Assembly: GCA_028534125.1 (NCBI GenBank)
Contig: CM052816.1
Location: 85,686,001 to 85,750,000, forward strand
Direction of reading: 5' to 3'
Length of the DNA: 64,000 nt
From: Lama glama
Lineage: Eukaryota
The position numbers were made by a program, and so were the translations under genes. The notes under the pieces were generated by a model. It was not told the origin of the DNA. It saw nothing but the letters and a program-made list of their open reading frames with translations, and made no database searches. Positions 48,950 to 63,204 of this stretch are shown in pieces. Numbering within the stretch: the first letter of the stretch is position 1; each line of letters opens with the position of its first letter.

Positions 48950-50850
48950 TTAATATGCACTCCATTCAGCATTAGCATGTTTATATTTTTCACTTTTGCT
49001 TCATTTACATTACTTACTTTAACAAAAAAAAAGTTAAAATTTAAGATTCCTTTATCTTCACCAATTCAGATTTTCTTTCAGATGTAATCACTATCCTGGA
49101 TTCGGTATGTACTGCTGTAATATGTGTTTTCATGAATTACATCATAATTATGTATTCCATAAGTGTGTTTATGTGATTTATTAATTGTCCTATATGGTAT
49201 CATCATCTATATGTCATCAATAAAGATTACAATTTATGTATTATTCTCCAAGATTTTTTTCTTTCATTCATCATTATGTTACAGACAGTTATTCATGATG
49301 ATGTGTAGAAGTTTACTCAAATATAAGCAATGATATGTAGTTCACCCAACAATTTAATTTATCCATTTCCCTGATAATGGCTGTTCCCTACTCTTGAATT
49401 ATACAAATGGTACTCAGGAAATATTCTTAAACATTTCACTTGGTGTACATTTACAAGACCATTTGGAGAGTACATATGTAGAAATGAAACTGTTAGACTT
49501 TAGAGAGGTATATATTCCATATTACTAAATTTCATTGCTTTCCAAAGTTGTTACAAATTTATATTTCTCCTTCCATTATAGGAGAATCTTGATCTACCAT
49601 TCTTATATGCAGTTATAATTGAAATGATTTATTTCTGTAAGTCTCATTCCCATTAAATGGTATCCAATTGTTTGTTACATTTGAATGCAACTTTCAAAAC
49701 TTTTGCTTACTTTCAGTTCATACTATTAACTTACTCTTTTGAAAGTTTTTTTTTCACATATATTTGCCTTATCTTGCTTTTAATGTTTTGTTTTTGCCAT
49801 ACATACGTACAATCGTTTAATATATTTTGAGTATTGTTCATATATGATACAAGTACTGCCACATATGATGAAAAAATCATATTTCAATTTCTTTGCCGTT
49901 TTTAACTTTATATAATTAAATATTCCACAAAAGATTTAATTTCAAAATAAAACATTTCATTCATAGGCTGGAGTCAGAAAGACATTCGTCTTTGTGTTTT
50001 TCTCTCATTAATTTTAATACATCTAAACATTGTTTATATGCATTATGCAAAGTAGTGTTTAATTTTTTTTCTATAAGGGAAAATAATTTTATATGCCATT
50101 TTACAGATATTATATTTTTCACTTGATTTGTAAGGCAACTTATTTCACAACAAAGTTCCATAAATAATTGCATATATAAATATAATATCTATAAATTATA
50201 CAGTATACTAATTAGATGGAATATTCCAATATTTTTTAGATTTTCCTTTATTGTCCCTATCCCACATTTTATACTTATCTCACATTTTATAACTTATATA
50301 GATCATTCAAAGTAAACTAGTTGAATTGACATTTATTGAATTTTGGTGATTATTTAAAATTGACATTTTTATACTTTTCAAACTTTCTAACTAGAAAACA
50401 TGCTTCTCTCTTTCCATTTGTGTTTGTATTAAATACATCGATGATATTTACAATTCCATTTGTGTATAGCTTCATCTTCTATACACTTTGCTGTATATTA
50501 TTTTGTCTGATATTTTAGGTGCTAATAAAAAGTAAGCTTTAATTTATGTATATATTGAACTCAGACAACTTTTTGAAATTTTGTAAACTTTTCATGTAGT
50601 TTTTATTTAATAATTATTTTTTATTAAGTATAAGAAAACACTATACATTTTCTTTATTATTTATATACTAAATCATAGTTATCTGAACCTCTTTAACATT
50701 CTATATTAACATTTCACGTAGGCTTCTTTTTGGATTTTACTGATTAGTGCTTTGGTGCTTACATATAAATTTGAAGGTTATATTAATGATGGGCATTGTT
50801 TACATTATTTTTCTGAATTTAATTGGTGTGTTTATATTTACATTGTACAA
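48950..50850 (-). mobile_element. Ancient L1 (L1ME-like) antisense remnants
   Basis: 'tttatccatttccctgataatgg', 'ttgctttccaaagttgtt', 'gatgggcattg'. Patchy. Confidence 0.55.
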
Positions 50851-50855
50851 TATTT

Positions 50856-51947
50856 ATGGAAGATTGGATTGTTTGCTTCCAAATACCTTCTCACTTGGTA
50901 TAAAAGAATTAGCACCTATGTCCATTGTCACGTGGCTGGCTCATACATTCCATGGGCCCTCAAAGGGCTCAGAGACCACCCGCCAAAACAATCACCTGAG
51001 GCCAAATAAGCTAAATTAGAGGCAGACTGGCTATATTTCCATTCATATGGATTTTGTTTAAATAACTATATGGATTCACACAGCTGCTTGTGTTTCACTT
51101 TTTAAAGACACTTTGAACCCAACACTTAGGAATCTTCTGGGTTGGCTGCCCTCTGGTCTCAGAAACTGGGTTTATAGCCTACTCCAACCACTAACCTTAC
51201 TTTTTCTTTTCATGGGAAACCCCTTCATTGACTGCCTCATTGGTTGGACCACAGCAAACACCCTATACTATCAAGTCTAGATAGACGATTCAGCTAACGC
51301 TTCAACCACAGAAGTCTGCCTGAAGTGAAGAGTAAGGACTACATAACTTTCCTAAATTGTTCAACAGGAAACCAGAAGGAGAGATTGGCCAAGGGGGCCT
51401 TAACATTCCTCTCAGCCTGTGTAATCTTTTGACAAGCTTCTTTCAGGCTCTAGGTTCTCATCTCCATTTTCTTAGAACATTTACTTTGGAAAACTTGTAA
51501 TTCAAAATTATATTTATGTCACTTTGATATGTGAATATTTAAAAAATTTTCTTGGCAGTTTCATACTGCAGTATTCTTTTCCCAAGGGCTTGGGAGCCTC
51601 CCCTTTGAAATGTAAACATGAAGGAAGTTGGCACTGTCCCCATCTTCCCCTCTCTAAGGGAAGGTAGGGGCCTAACTTCTTTGGGTGTCTTGTCCAAGTT
51701 TTAAAACTACTTTCTGACATAAATTTAAGAGAAAGTTTATTTTTCCTTTGGGAAAATCTAAACAGTGAACAAATGGTCCACAATCTCCCTCTAACCTAGC
51801 TTTTAAAAAAACCTTTCTCTGCCCTTTGTTTTTGTTTAGGCAGGGTTGAACTCAGACTAAGTTCTGGCCTAGACTCTCTTTCGCAAGAGCCTCGAATAAA
51901 GCTTTCCTTGCTGGTTTAACACTACCCAGTTTAATTTTGCTTTGAAA
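50856..51947 (+). mobile_element. ERV1-class solo LTR(s), MER34/MER39-like 3' half; possibly composite
   Basis: 'cttagaacatttactttggaaaacttgtaa...gggagcctcccctttgaaatgtaaacatgaagg...aataaagctttccttgc'. Confidence 0.7.
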
Positions 51948-54900
51948 CTAGTTAAGAATCATTTGAAATTCTCCTTTCAGTTAGGGATATAGTTTACCAT
52001 AGATCATTGCTCCCGTAATTACTAGAAAACCCTGGTAAAATTTTAAAAAAATTCATTATTAAACTATAGAAGAGCTGTGAATGCAGGAAGTCCAAGGAAA
52101 TTATGTTCACAGTAAGGCAATCCTGCAGAGGAGATCAGACTGTTAATCAAGGGGAGTATTTACTGAGCCTGTGAAGTTGGGCTGTCATAGACAGAGGGAG
52201 TCTTTTGGAGTAAGAAGAAACTGTTGGGGCTTTAAGACTGAACTGACTGACACGATAGATTACAGTCTCTAAGATATCCAGCCAATCATCGCTACAGTTT
52301 TTTTTTTTTTTTCTTGAGTTCATGGTGGCATAGGAGTTCAGGGGAGCATCACTGAAAAGCAAAGATAAATCTCTGTATTATGCTTAAAGCCACAAATCTT
52401 GCAAGATGGAGGGGGCTTTGATAATACAAAACATCTACTGTCCTCAAAATATTGACACTAACTAAGGCTGTAACACAGCATTGACTCAGTTAAACTCCTA
52501 ATTAGAACAAAGACCTCACTTTGGCTGTCAGACAGATGAGAGGGAATTATCTCCCTGTTGGAAAGTAAAATATACAACATATCCACTGGTCTTTTAAAAA
52601 TAACATTCAGTGTAAGATTTAACAAAAAACAGATGATGTGAAGAAGCAGGATAATGTGCTCCAACATTAAGAAGAAACAGACAGTTAAAGAAACATGTTT
52701 TTTTTCTTTTTTCCTGATATGATTGTGTTCAATAATATTCATACAAAAATAAGTACACAAACACATATATAACATTCATTTAAATTTTTCTTTATGCTAT
52801 ATATCTGACATTCATACATTTTATAGTATTAAATATTCTACATATAATGACTGTAATTTTAAAGAGTTTTGTAGTACGATTCCTAGCAAAATGGAAATAA
52901 AGTATGTCTTTGGTAACTATTAATTTGCTTTATAGATTTCCAGTTAAAGGTGCTTATTGCTTATTATCATAAAGACATAAAATGAGATTTATTTTATTTT
53001 ATTACCTTTAGAAAGAAACTCACTTGAAATAAGCTCACAGATAGAACATAAGTGTCTAATCCTTCATTAAATATTCACACAATTACTGGATGAAGTAAAA
53101 AGGATAAAGGAATACACAAAGTATTCTGTACATTCAGTGAAAGAATTAAAAACATTGTTCAATTATCACATTTATTTAACTCAATTTTTATTTCTAGTAG
53201 TGTTTTTACATATAATCTTAAATTAACTCTGAACTTGAATCCAATGGCCTCATTTAGATTATCTTATCATTACAAAGATTTGGTAATTGGGAGTATGTGT
53301 TCCTGATGTTTACAATCAGAATAAAATGTGTATAGAATATGCCCATTGTGCATTTTACCTTACAGAACTCCATACAATTATCATTTTATTTAACAAATAA
53401 TTAAAATTCAATAGATGAGAGAAAGAGAGAGACCCATTCAAGCATATGCTAATTAAAGGGACTTAGTGGATTTCTTCACGCTAATAAGCATATTGAAAAT
53501 ATATTGAGTCAAGCTTACACATCTACCAATGAAGACATGTAGTCTATACCACATATACAAAAAGCTAGTACTAAAAATAGAGCTGAAATGCAAGTCATCA
53601 TTTAAACATTTTTTAAATTATTCTTATGATTAATTCTCTTTTAAGTTCAATTAAGAAAGATTATTTTCTTTCTCAACATTTTTGAAAAATCTCATTTTAC
53701 TGAATAGATACTGCTTTCTTCAGGATAGTGATATATTCAAAATGATTTTCTAAAAAACTGGTGGATTCTGTAGATGATTCATTTGATGAAAGAAATGATA
53801 AATATCTTCTATTTCATTATCTCCATAATAAGATTTTTACATTCCTATTTATTATATTAGATTAAATTGTATTACATATATTAAATTATTAAATTATATT
53901 AAATAGTTAATTATATTAGATTAAAAACATCTTATGAACATTACAAATGTCCTATATGTTTGTATATTAATGACTTTCATCATAAAATTTGTCAGAATAA
54001 AATTCAATGCATAAATTAATATAAGGCATCTTTTTAATGGACCCAATTGACTGATAAGTTTAACATCTGAACTCATTAGTATCTACCACTAATAATATTC
54101 TTATAAAATATTGGATTGAGTTGTATCTTCTTGCTTCATCAGCCTATATCATTCTGAGCATTAAGTGCAAAGTCAACTGAAAATCGTGGTCTTCCTATAA
54201 ATATCTTATCGTTATGCGAAGTCTAACTGTGAGAGATAATTTTGAATTTTGATACAGATTTTTTCTCACTTTGTCACTTTTCATGAAAAAAATATTAAAC
54301 CTAACTTTTTTTAAAATATAACTTTATCTCTACCTCAAGAACCAGAAAAATGCCACAAACAATATAATTTACTTAATCTGATAAAAATGTTTACCTATTC
54401 TTTGGCTTATAAAATCAATGTATTCCTGAAAAAGTTTCTGATTTTTGTCTAGAATTCATTAAATTACCTAAATTCCTGAATAATTTTTATTGTACAAAGT
54501 ACATCATCTTTGGTTTAAGAGAGTATTGTACAAAGCAGAATGTACATTGGTATAAATCATATCTATTCATATTTCATTGGCTGAAATTTGGTCATATGGT
54601 CATATATTCATACCTAACTCAGAAATGTAGTTTTTCATTGTGATCACAAGTAGAGGGGAAACACAAATTCTGTTAGTCACCAATCTGTACCACACATCAT
54701 ATGTAAATGAATCAGAAAATAAGAAAGACTGCAAATTATTTAGATTCACGTGTTTACAAAGAACAATAGAATAAACCAAAATAAAGATAATTTAATTAAC
54801 ATGAGAGCAGAAATCAGTGCAATTTCAACTGAAGAAGAATAAGGTTATTAACAATGTAATCTTAAAACTTTCTAATCATTAGGTAAAAACAAAAAGTGAA

Positions 54901-55924
54901 AGAGGATAAGTAACATAGATATATGTTTTACTGCAAGTTTTTGCAGTAAAAATATTTTAAACTTTAAATTATAATCCCTAGAAAAATAATCATAACATTT
55001 ACTCAAAGGACTAATACTTACATAAATAAATGAGCAAAGTTTACCAACAAAATTCTGAAAATTTTCCGTAAATTATAACAAATCCTTAAGATGACAAATG
55101 ATAAAGTAACTAAGACTAGTATGTATTTTATTGAAAAACTGGGTAAAAATACTTTAGCACAACTAAAGATATAATTTAGGAATAGAGATTCAAACACTTC
55201 AAACATAAATTGAGGGCACTAATGTGATTGAAAATCCTTGCATCTTTCACATGAAACTATTCACAATTTAGTACCCAGGATCATTTTTCACTGGAGATAT
55301 TCTTTTCCCTTTACCAAGTAAAGCTCTGATGTAAAATTCTTCTCTAATATAGTATTTTATGTGCTTTCAATAAAAGGGATTTGGATTTTTTTAGTTTTAG
55401 ATATATATTGCTCACCTGACCATTGTTCCTAATAAAGTTGTGCTGAAGTTGCTGCTCTATTTCTTAAAATACAATCGCATAAATATTGCCTTCTTAAAGC
55501 TTCATTATTCAAGATTTCTAATGTTTTGCATTTTAATATTTAATATTTCCAGAGATATATTTATAAGAATCCTGTATTTTTACATTCAAAATCAGGACCA
55601 GGAAGACAGAACTGGGTTTCATCATTTGTCAAAAATTTCCACTCACAGAAAATATAAAAGGAATAAAAATCTTACCTTAGTTTCCTGGCATTGTCACTGC
55701 TGAGCCCCTACTGGAGTCTGGTGCTTCAGCTCTGTAACTCATTTCTGTTGAATGACCGATTTCCTGTCCTCAACAAGGCTGAAAACCAAGTGACCAATAT
55801 CGGGTTACTTAGCATCCTCCTTTCATTTATTCAACTTTGGAGCTAGTTTATGCATGTATCTTAGCAAAGTTTCTTAAAGCTATCAATTATTAATAAGAAT
55901 CTACTATATTTAGCTAAACCTCCA

Positions 55925-56385
55925 ACGGTGCTAGTCTGGGGACCCGCAGGAAACCGCATTCTCAAAAGGACTATTTGGAGAGATAGGAGAGTAGGGTAAG
56001 GAAAATAGCAATGGATGTCGGAGCACTCAGAAATAGCAATGGTGGGAAGTCAGAAAACTATTGACTTGAAGAAATGAGAAGAAAGAGTGAAATTACATGG
56101 ACTCAACAATTTCTGGAAACTCAAAAGAAAGATTTTTTAAGAGGTGGCAGAGGAATGTAGCTCTTCCTGCACTGATGCAAGGCAGGGACAAAGACAGAAA
56201 GAATAAACAGCTTGCTTCCAATATTTTGCTAGTGTGTTAACCCAACTGTACCAGAGAAAAGTGTCCACATACTCGATTTATTAAAGAACATTATCCAATG
56301 GGCATTGTGCAAGGCAAAGAAGGTAAAGACGAGTGGGATCAAAATGTGATCAACCAGCTTAATTCCCACAGACTATGTGGAAGCA
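55925..56385. mobile_element. Probable ancient LTR remnant (ERVL/Gypsy-like)
   Basis: Purine-rich island with an old-LTR-like layout; family not identified. Confidence 0.35.
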
Positions 56386-56599
56386 AATTAGTTGTTGAAT
56401 AGCTTTACTTGGGGTGGAGTTTTTACTTTTTGAGTACTGTTACATAAGAATGGTCTGTCATGATGTGGTATTGGTAAAATAATAGAAATAAAGATCAGTG
56501 GAATATATAGATAATTTAGAAATAAACCCATACCTCTATATTCAATTGATTTTCAACAAAAGCTCCAAAGTAATTCAACAGGGAAACGGGGTAGTAGCA

Positions 56600-57310
56600 A
56601 TGGAGGTGGCTAGAAGTGCTGACATTCTGGATAATAGCAACTATAGAGTGTGCTAAAAGATTACAAGTCAATAGGAGACAAATGGAACAGTCAAAGTGAT
56701 AAAGCTTTTTTTTTTTCCCTATAGAGAACCATAGAAGTTTAGAGTATCCATTTACTGAAATGGAGTAGACAGCCAAGGAGTGGAAGAAATGGCAAAGGTT
56801 TTGTTTTGGAAGGTTCTTTAGATATCAGAATGCAGTAGTAACGTAAATGGTCTTGAATTTAGGGTAAATTTCTTGAGTTTATGTAGTAAGTCCAAGATTA
56901 GAGTTTAAACTGGGTTTTAACAGCATGAAGATGGCATTTAAAGTCAAAAATTGCATGAGATCATTAAGGAGTGTGTGAATCTTTTTTTACCACTCAAGGA
57001 TTTAGACACTGCAGAGATGAAAAAGATTTCTGTATAGGAGGAACTGGAGTAGTGGAGTTGTTAGGAATAAGATCTAGGATATAATCATGTCAATTAGTGG
57101 CTGACATGAATTTAAGATTAGATGAAGACAAGCTTAGAGGAAAATGTATCAAGGAACTGAGACAGGGCTTTGGAGTCATTGCCTCTGTGAATATTAAACT
57201 CATCAAGAATTATGGTGCAAGTGAAGATGGAGAAAATTGTAACGGTTCCGTAATTACAGTTTTCAGGGAATGGTGGCAGCTAGGTCTGTAGTCTACAGAT
57301 AAGAGTAATG
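56600..57310 (-). mobile_element. L2 LINE internal fragment
   Basis: 'ccatttactgaaatggag...ttttgttttgga...cagcatgaagatggcatttaaagtc...atgagatcattaaggag'. Confidence 0.7.
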
Positions 57311-58199
57311 AGAAGGTATTACTGCAAAACATGCTTAGCTTTTTTCTAATATGTCTGGTCATCAGTTCAATAGCCCACATATGCCTTAGTTTTTGCTGTA
57401 AAGGAAATCATTGGCTAATACGTCCAGTCTCCTTTATTGATAAAATTTTACATACAATGTTATTCTTTTATACATAATAAAATATGAAAATAGGTATAAG
57501 TGGAATAAACATTAGGATACTTTTAAACAAAATATATAAATTCTTGACATCAATATATCATATTATCTCAAATTTAATTTATCCCCTAACCAAAAAGAAA
57601 TCTCAATCATCAAAAATATCAACAAATCACATACACTTACAAGTATATTAATAGTAAATGCAAGGGTATAAGCCTTAATGTACCATATTACCAATAACAT
57701 TGTGTTGTTATTGACAAACTAATAGGATAAGATTCTAAAGATCCTCCAAACACTTCAGTGTTTTATGTGGGAGAGCAAAGTCTATACTTGGTTTCAATTA
57801 CATATAAATATTTTGCAACTTGGAAAGAAAAATTTCTTTGCCTTTTGCTGGCAGTGACTTCTAATTATAGCTCAGATTATTTAATATTTTAGAGTAGAAT
57901 GAAGAAATAGAAGTAAATATTATGTTCTTCTGACATTAAAAATAGGCAAATGAGACTTCTGAGGAGAAAACTCCAAAAATAAAACTCACATTTAAGCAAG
58001 ACAGCAATTTTTCAAGTAACAAACATCTAAATCTGAAAATATTCACATAGATGATAACAAACAAAAGCAAACCATAATAAAAAAAGAAAATCAAGGAAAT
58101 ATTTCTGGTGTCAAAATTTAAAGCGGAGACCTGACAAAATACCATCAAGATTTCCTCCAACATGTAGACAGCAAGGCTGCTTTTATTTTATAGAAACAA

Positions 58200-58315
58200 A
58201 TATGGTAATAATGATTGCACAATTCTGTGAATCTACTAAAAAACATTGAATTACATATATTAAATGGGTGAACATTATGATATGCAAATTATAGCTGGAT
58301 AAAGCCATTTAAAAA
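58200..58315 (+). mobile_element. Old L1 extreme 3' end
   Basis: 'gattgcacaattctgtgaatctactaaaaaacattgaatt...aaatgggtgaac'. Confidence 0.75.
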
Positions 58316-58934
58316 TATCCATACATATGTGTATATACATCCGCATGTATTTGTATAGGTATACATGTGTATATACATATATAATGTGCATATAATAAAC
58401 CATCTAACAAGTTGAATACATGGTCAAAAACATTCAGAATAATCTTAGTGAAAAGATATCAAAGTGAAAAGACAGCAATGTGGGGAAGGTATTATTATCG
58501 TCTAAGGGATCTACCAACAGAAAACAAAACACATGTACATACACACATAGAGAGAATTAATCTATATACTAGTGTTTCATGTGGTGTAAAAATACAAACA
58601 AAGATAAAGAAATAAACAAAAATGAAGATTAATTTTTAACCACATTTTTATTTCTTTGCTATAGAAGCAGAAAACTGTAAAGACATCCTAGGATGAGAGT
58701 GGGAATCATTTCATTTTAACTTTGAAACATGGAGAAATAACTTCCAGGTAATTATTTAAAAAGAAATGAGCCTCAAAACCATAGGGGATAACAAAGGGAT
58801 TCAATGTAGAATACCTTAGTTCTTCCATGTTGCATATACTATGCCCCCTACATCTGCATTGACATTTATTTCCTAGATGTTTAGATTGAAAGTATGGAAA
58901 CCATTTAAACATGTGTTTCTCAAATGTGTATACT

Positions 58935-59560
58935 ACTAGAGAAAGCAGGTTTTTCTTGAAGATAATAAAGCCAAAATTTAGAGTTCTTCACTTACATGCC
59001 CCACTACCCAATTTCTTCAAGAGACACTAACTAGCCTTATATCTAGTGTCATGAATTCATAGAGTATATAAGATTAGTTAGAACCTATGTAACGCTAATA
59101 CCCTAATATGTTAAAGTAAACATAGTAAGAACAAGTCTGACACAATATCTTCAAATTCGGCAACAATTTGTAAAAATATCCATAAAATTAACAACCAGCT
59201 ATCAATAATAATAGTAAAACTTTAATGAAGTAATTTTGATAAACTATGCTATAGAAAAGGCTAAATTAATGCTATGTTTTCACTGTAGAAAATAAAATCA
59301 TTAAATCACTGAAATATAAAGAGTCAAGTAAAGAAGAAAAGGATGAAGGAAAAATAAAATTATAGAGGTGTTCAGTCAGTTAATTAAGATGTTTAAGATG
59401 TTTGAGGTTTGCAATATTTTCAATATTTCTCAGTTTTTAAAAATAGGGCATTTGAATCATTTATTTTCTAATTTTCAATGCATTTTCATATTTATATTCA
59501 TGATTTTGCATTTTAAAAAGTGGTTCTCCAAACTGTTTGCCTGCAAAATCCTGAATTTTG
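58935..59560 (+). mobile_element. hAT-Tip100 (Zaphod/MER115-like) remnant with a transposase C-terminal trace
   Basis: 59195-59335 translates with breaks as LSII...TML.KRLN...VENKIIKSLKYKE, resembling the hAT dimerisation domain (STM.EERLN.L.ILSIE). Confidence 0.6.
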
Positions 59561-59774
59561 TGTTGACTCCTCCCAACATCTCTTTAAAATATTTCATAGT
59601 TTCTTCTACTTGGCTTACTGATTCATTATTTGTCTCAGTTCTTCCTGTCATATTTCCTCTTTCATGTTGCTTCCAAAATGTTTTCCAGTGTAAATATTTG
59701 ATCACAAGAGATCATCAAATTCGATCAATTTTTTTCACATATGTTTCAAAATATTGAGCACCACCTGACCCCTC

Positions 59775-60195
59775 TTTGGTGAGGTATTTAAGGTCTTTGG
59801 CCCAGTTTTAATTTTGTTTGTTTTCTTATTGTTGTTTTATGGGCTCTTTGTATATTCTGGATAACAGCTCTTTATCAGCTATATCTGGTCAAATATTTCT
59901 TCTCAGTATGTGACTTGTATTCTCATTTTCTTGACATTGTATTTCATAGATCATAATTTTTTTTATTTTAATGGAGTCCAGCTTATCAATTACTTTTTTG
60001 AGAAGTTTTGTCTTTTGGTGTTTTACAGAGGCATCATCGTACCCAAGGTCATCTAGATTTTCTCCTATGTTATCTTCTCTGAGTTTTATAGTTTTGTGTT
60101 TTATATTTAGGCTATAATCCATTTTGAGTTAGTTTTTGTGAAGGGTGTAAGATCTATGACTAGATTCATTTTTTGGATGTGGATGTCCAGTTCGC
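59775..60195 (-). mobile_element. Old L1 ORF2 fragment
   Basis: ORF 59889-60122 (LNIKHKTIKLREDNIGENLDDLG...IDKLDSIKIK) is L1 ORF2-like. Confidence 0.85.
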
Positions 60196-61260
60196 AGATT
60201 TGTATTTTAAGAATGAACAATTTCAATATTTTCATATGCTACAATTTATCAGTGTCTTCTGTAGTGTACACTTTTATTTTTAAGAATGATGTTATCATTT
60301 TAAGATTTCAGGAAACATTTCTGCATAATTTAAAAAAAGTGTGATACTGAATTTGCAAGACACATGCCATTGTAGATGTTCAAATAGCAAATACAAAATA
60401 GATCAAGATAAATATCATTATAGGAGAATATAAAAAATTGATCAAAATGTTTATTCCTGAGAACACATTTTTAAAGATAACCAATAGTAAGTATTTGAGT
60501 CCTTTTTCTATGATTTGTGTTTTGGTAAAAGCTGTAATAAAAATTGTCAAATGACTTTCTTTTTTTCTTTCTTGTTAAAGCTTTCTCATGTGGAAAGTTG
60601 TCCTACACTGTGTCAAAAGAATAAGCTGTCAGATTGCTAATGTTTAATACATTCTGAGAATAACTGCCACGTACTATACAAATTTGACCTTTTCAGAACT
60701 TCAAATTTGATTGGATGGACACTTCTCTCCTATTTAAAATCCCAAACCCCTGTTGGAAAGAGCTCCAATGACCATCTGTTGAAATTCAGAATACTAAAAA
60801 GGTTAAAGTACACAACCAAATGGTTCAGAGAATATTTCATAATTAAATTTTCCCATCTTATTTGGTGTCAAAAATAATGAGAACCTGAGATGATGATATG
60901 AATTCAGTTTTTACTGTTCAGAAAAGAAAAAATAAGGTGAATATGTTTTACCACTAGGTGTTATTCTGAAAACCTGTATAAAAATGTCTTTTAGTTTTGG
61001 TTAGGTGTCAGTCTAAATACAACCACTCTAGCACAAAATAATGTTTCATTTCAGTTCACAATGGCATTTAGATTAATAAAGAAAAAAAGAGTTAGTATTT
61101 GACTGCATTAAAATTAAAGGTTTAAACGATCTGTTCTTCAATATTAGTCATACATACTTATCATATAATTTATAATATCCCAGACATTTAAAGTAAGAGA
61201 AATTAAAACACAATAGCTGATAGGGAAGAAATCATAATTAATTGATTTTTGATATAATTA

Positions 61261-61628
61261 CATCTTAGTTTGGGCTGCTTTAATAAAGCACCATAGACTG
61301 GGTGGATTATAAACACCAGAAATTTATTTCTCACAGTTCTGGAGGCTGGAAGTCTCAGATCAGACAACATGCCAACATGGTCAGGTTCTAGGGGGAGCCC
61401 TATTCTGGCCCACTTTGTACACTGACAGCTTCCCTTGCTTTTTACATGGCAGAAGGATGTGTTAGCTCAAAGGCCTCTTCTTTAAGAGCACTAATTCCAG
61501 TCATAAGGGATCCACTTCATGGCCTAATAACTTCCCAAAGGCCTCACCTCCTGATACCCCTAATATGATCACAATGGGTATTAGATTTCAAAACAAATTT
61601 TAGGGGGCTAGATATTCAGTCCACATCA
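61261..61628 (-). mobile_element. MLT1A-like MaLR solo LTR
   Basis: 'cttagtttgggctgct...catagactgggtgg..tataaac..cagaaatttatttctcacagttctggaggctggaagtc'. 5-bp TSD aatta (61256-60, 61629-33). Confidence 0.92.
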
Positions 61629-62528
61629 AATTACATAATTGCTTATATGATTCAAATATATGATTTCTGCATATTATATAGTAACTACAATAAGATATAT
61701 TATTAACATAATCATATGCATTTCATAAAGTTTGGTAAGTATAGTTTATTTGTAGAATTTGAAGACAAATTCAATATATATATAAATGATATATAATTTA
61801 TTTCCATCAAGTGAATACAATAAAAATAAATGCTATTCAATAATATGACAATAATAGATGTTAGTATATTTGCTGAAAAATGAAGAAAACTAAGCAATAC
61901 TGACATATTATTTTTAACAAAAGGTTAAAAGTTTTAGAAATATTGATTTTAATTAAAATAGCACTCAATTGATGTTGGATTGAAGTTTTTTAAATTAGCT
62001 ATTCTTATAAAGAGTTATGCTGAATTGTTTTGCCCTCTTTTACGTCCAGTATAAATCACAATCTGCTTAAATTGTAATTATATATTTAAATTATAATTTT
62101 TCAAATATAAAAATGAGATTGAGCACAGAAAAGATAGACTTTTTAAACAAATAAGAACTTTTTATAAGATAAATAAATCTGCTGACTTAAAAAGATATTA
62201 TATTTATATAAATATAATTCACTAGAGTTATTAGAGCTGAAAATAAAGGAAAGATTCCAGGATCTAATATCAAAACAGATCCAAGAAAGACTATACATGT
62301 GTGTATATATACATTTACCTACAAGGAAATATCTGTAAATCAGACTTAAGACTGCTCAAACACACTGCATCAAATTAAATATCATAGTTCTTAGTATTTG
62401 AGATAACTGTAAACAAAATCTGCATGATTCCTAAGAGGTAACAAACATTCAGTAATTAACTGAGATGAAATGGATTTCATGTTCTTACATATTTTAGCCT
62501 GTAATAGTAAAATTTCTGAAAGTCTATT

Positions 62529-63112
62529 TGAGACAGGAGGGAAAAGGGCAGGGCACAACTATTTAAAAAATGACACAGTTGAGGATAGGACATAACCTAA
62601 TAGAACCAATTAAGCCTAAGATGGTAGAGAATTTGACTTCCAGTGGTCCTTGAGCCTCATTGTACGCTCATTATAATGTATTAAAATGCCAAATGGCACA
62701 CCTACAACTGCCATGACTGTTCCTAGGCTGACCATAAAAGACCAAAAAGTGGGCAGTGGACCAATTCAGGGAAATTCCCACCCCTTCCCCAAAATATTTG
62801 GAATAATCCTCTCCTTGTTAGCATATCAAATTACCTAGCCCATAAAAACTAGTCACTCCCACACCTCGAGGCCACTCTAATTTTCCAAGATGGCTCCATA
62901 ACCTGGGGCTGCCTCTGTTGCCTTCTGAGACAGCCTGCCCTTTGTTAATGGAAGATGTGTGTCCCTGAATAAACTTGCTTTCACTTTATTATGGCTTACT
63001 CTTGAATTCTTTCCCTGTGAAGCCAAGGACACTAACTTGCCAGGGTGCATCCCAGGGAATTGCCTGAGACCTGGGACACAACCATTCTCTCTCGTCCCAT
63101 TTTTCTGCAACA
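62529..63112 (+). mobile_element. ERV1 solo LTR, MER41-like
   Basis: TG...CA termini; 4-bp TSD tatt/catt; AATAAA ~62968; MER41-like 'aataaacttgctttcactttat...cttgaattctttcc.tgtgaagccaagga'. Confidence 0.8.
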
Positions 63113-63204
63113 CATTAACGTATGCCAGTTTCATCCTATATGATATGAAGATTAATCTCAGTGTAGAAAGTCATATGTCCTGTCAAAGCAACAGGTCATA
63201 CTAA

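Noticed and set aside
54926..54951. Perfect 11-bp hairpin ttttactgcaa-gttt-ttgcagtaaaa
   Set aside because: Too short for a pre-miRNA or MITE and plausible by chance in AT-rich DNA. Bacterial terminator logic does not apply here.
59368..59757. 129-aa Phe-rich ORF
   Set aside because: T-rich sequence overlapping a decayed hAT end; the ORF is compositional.
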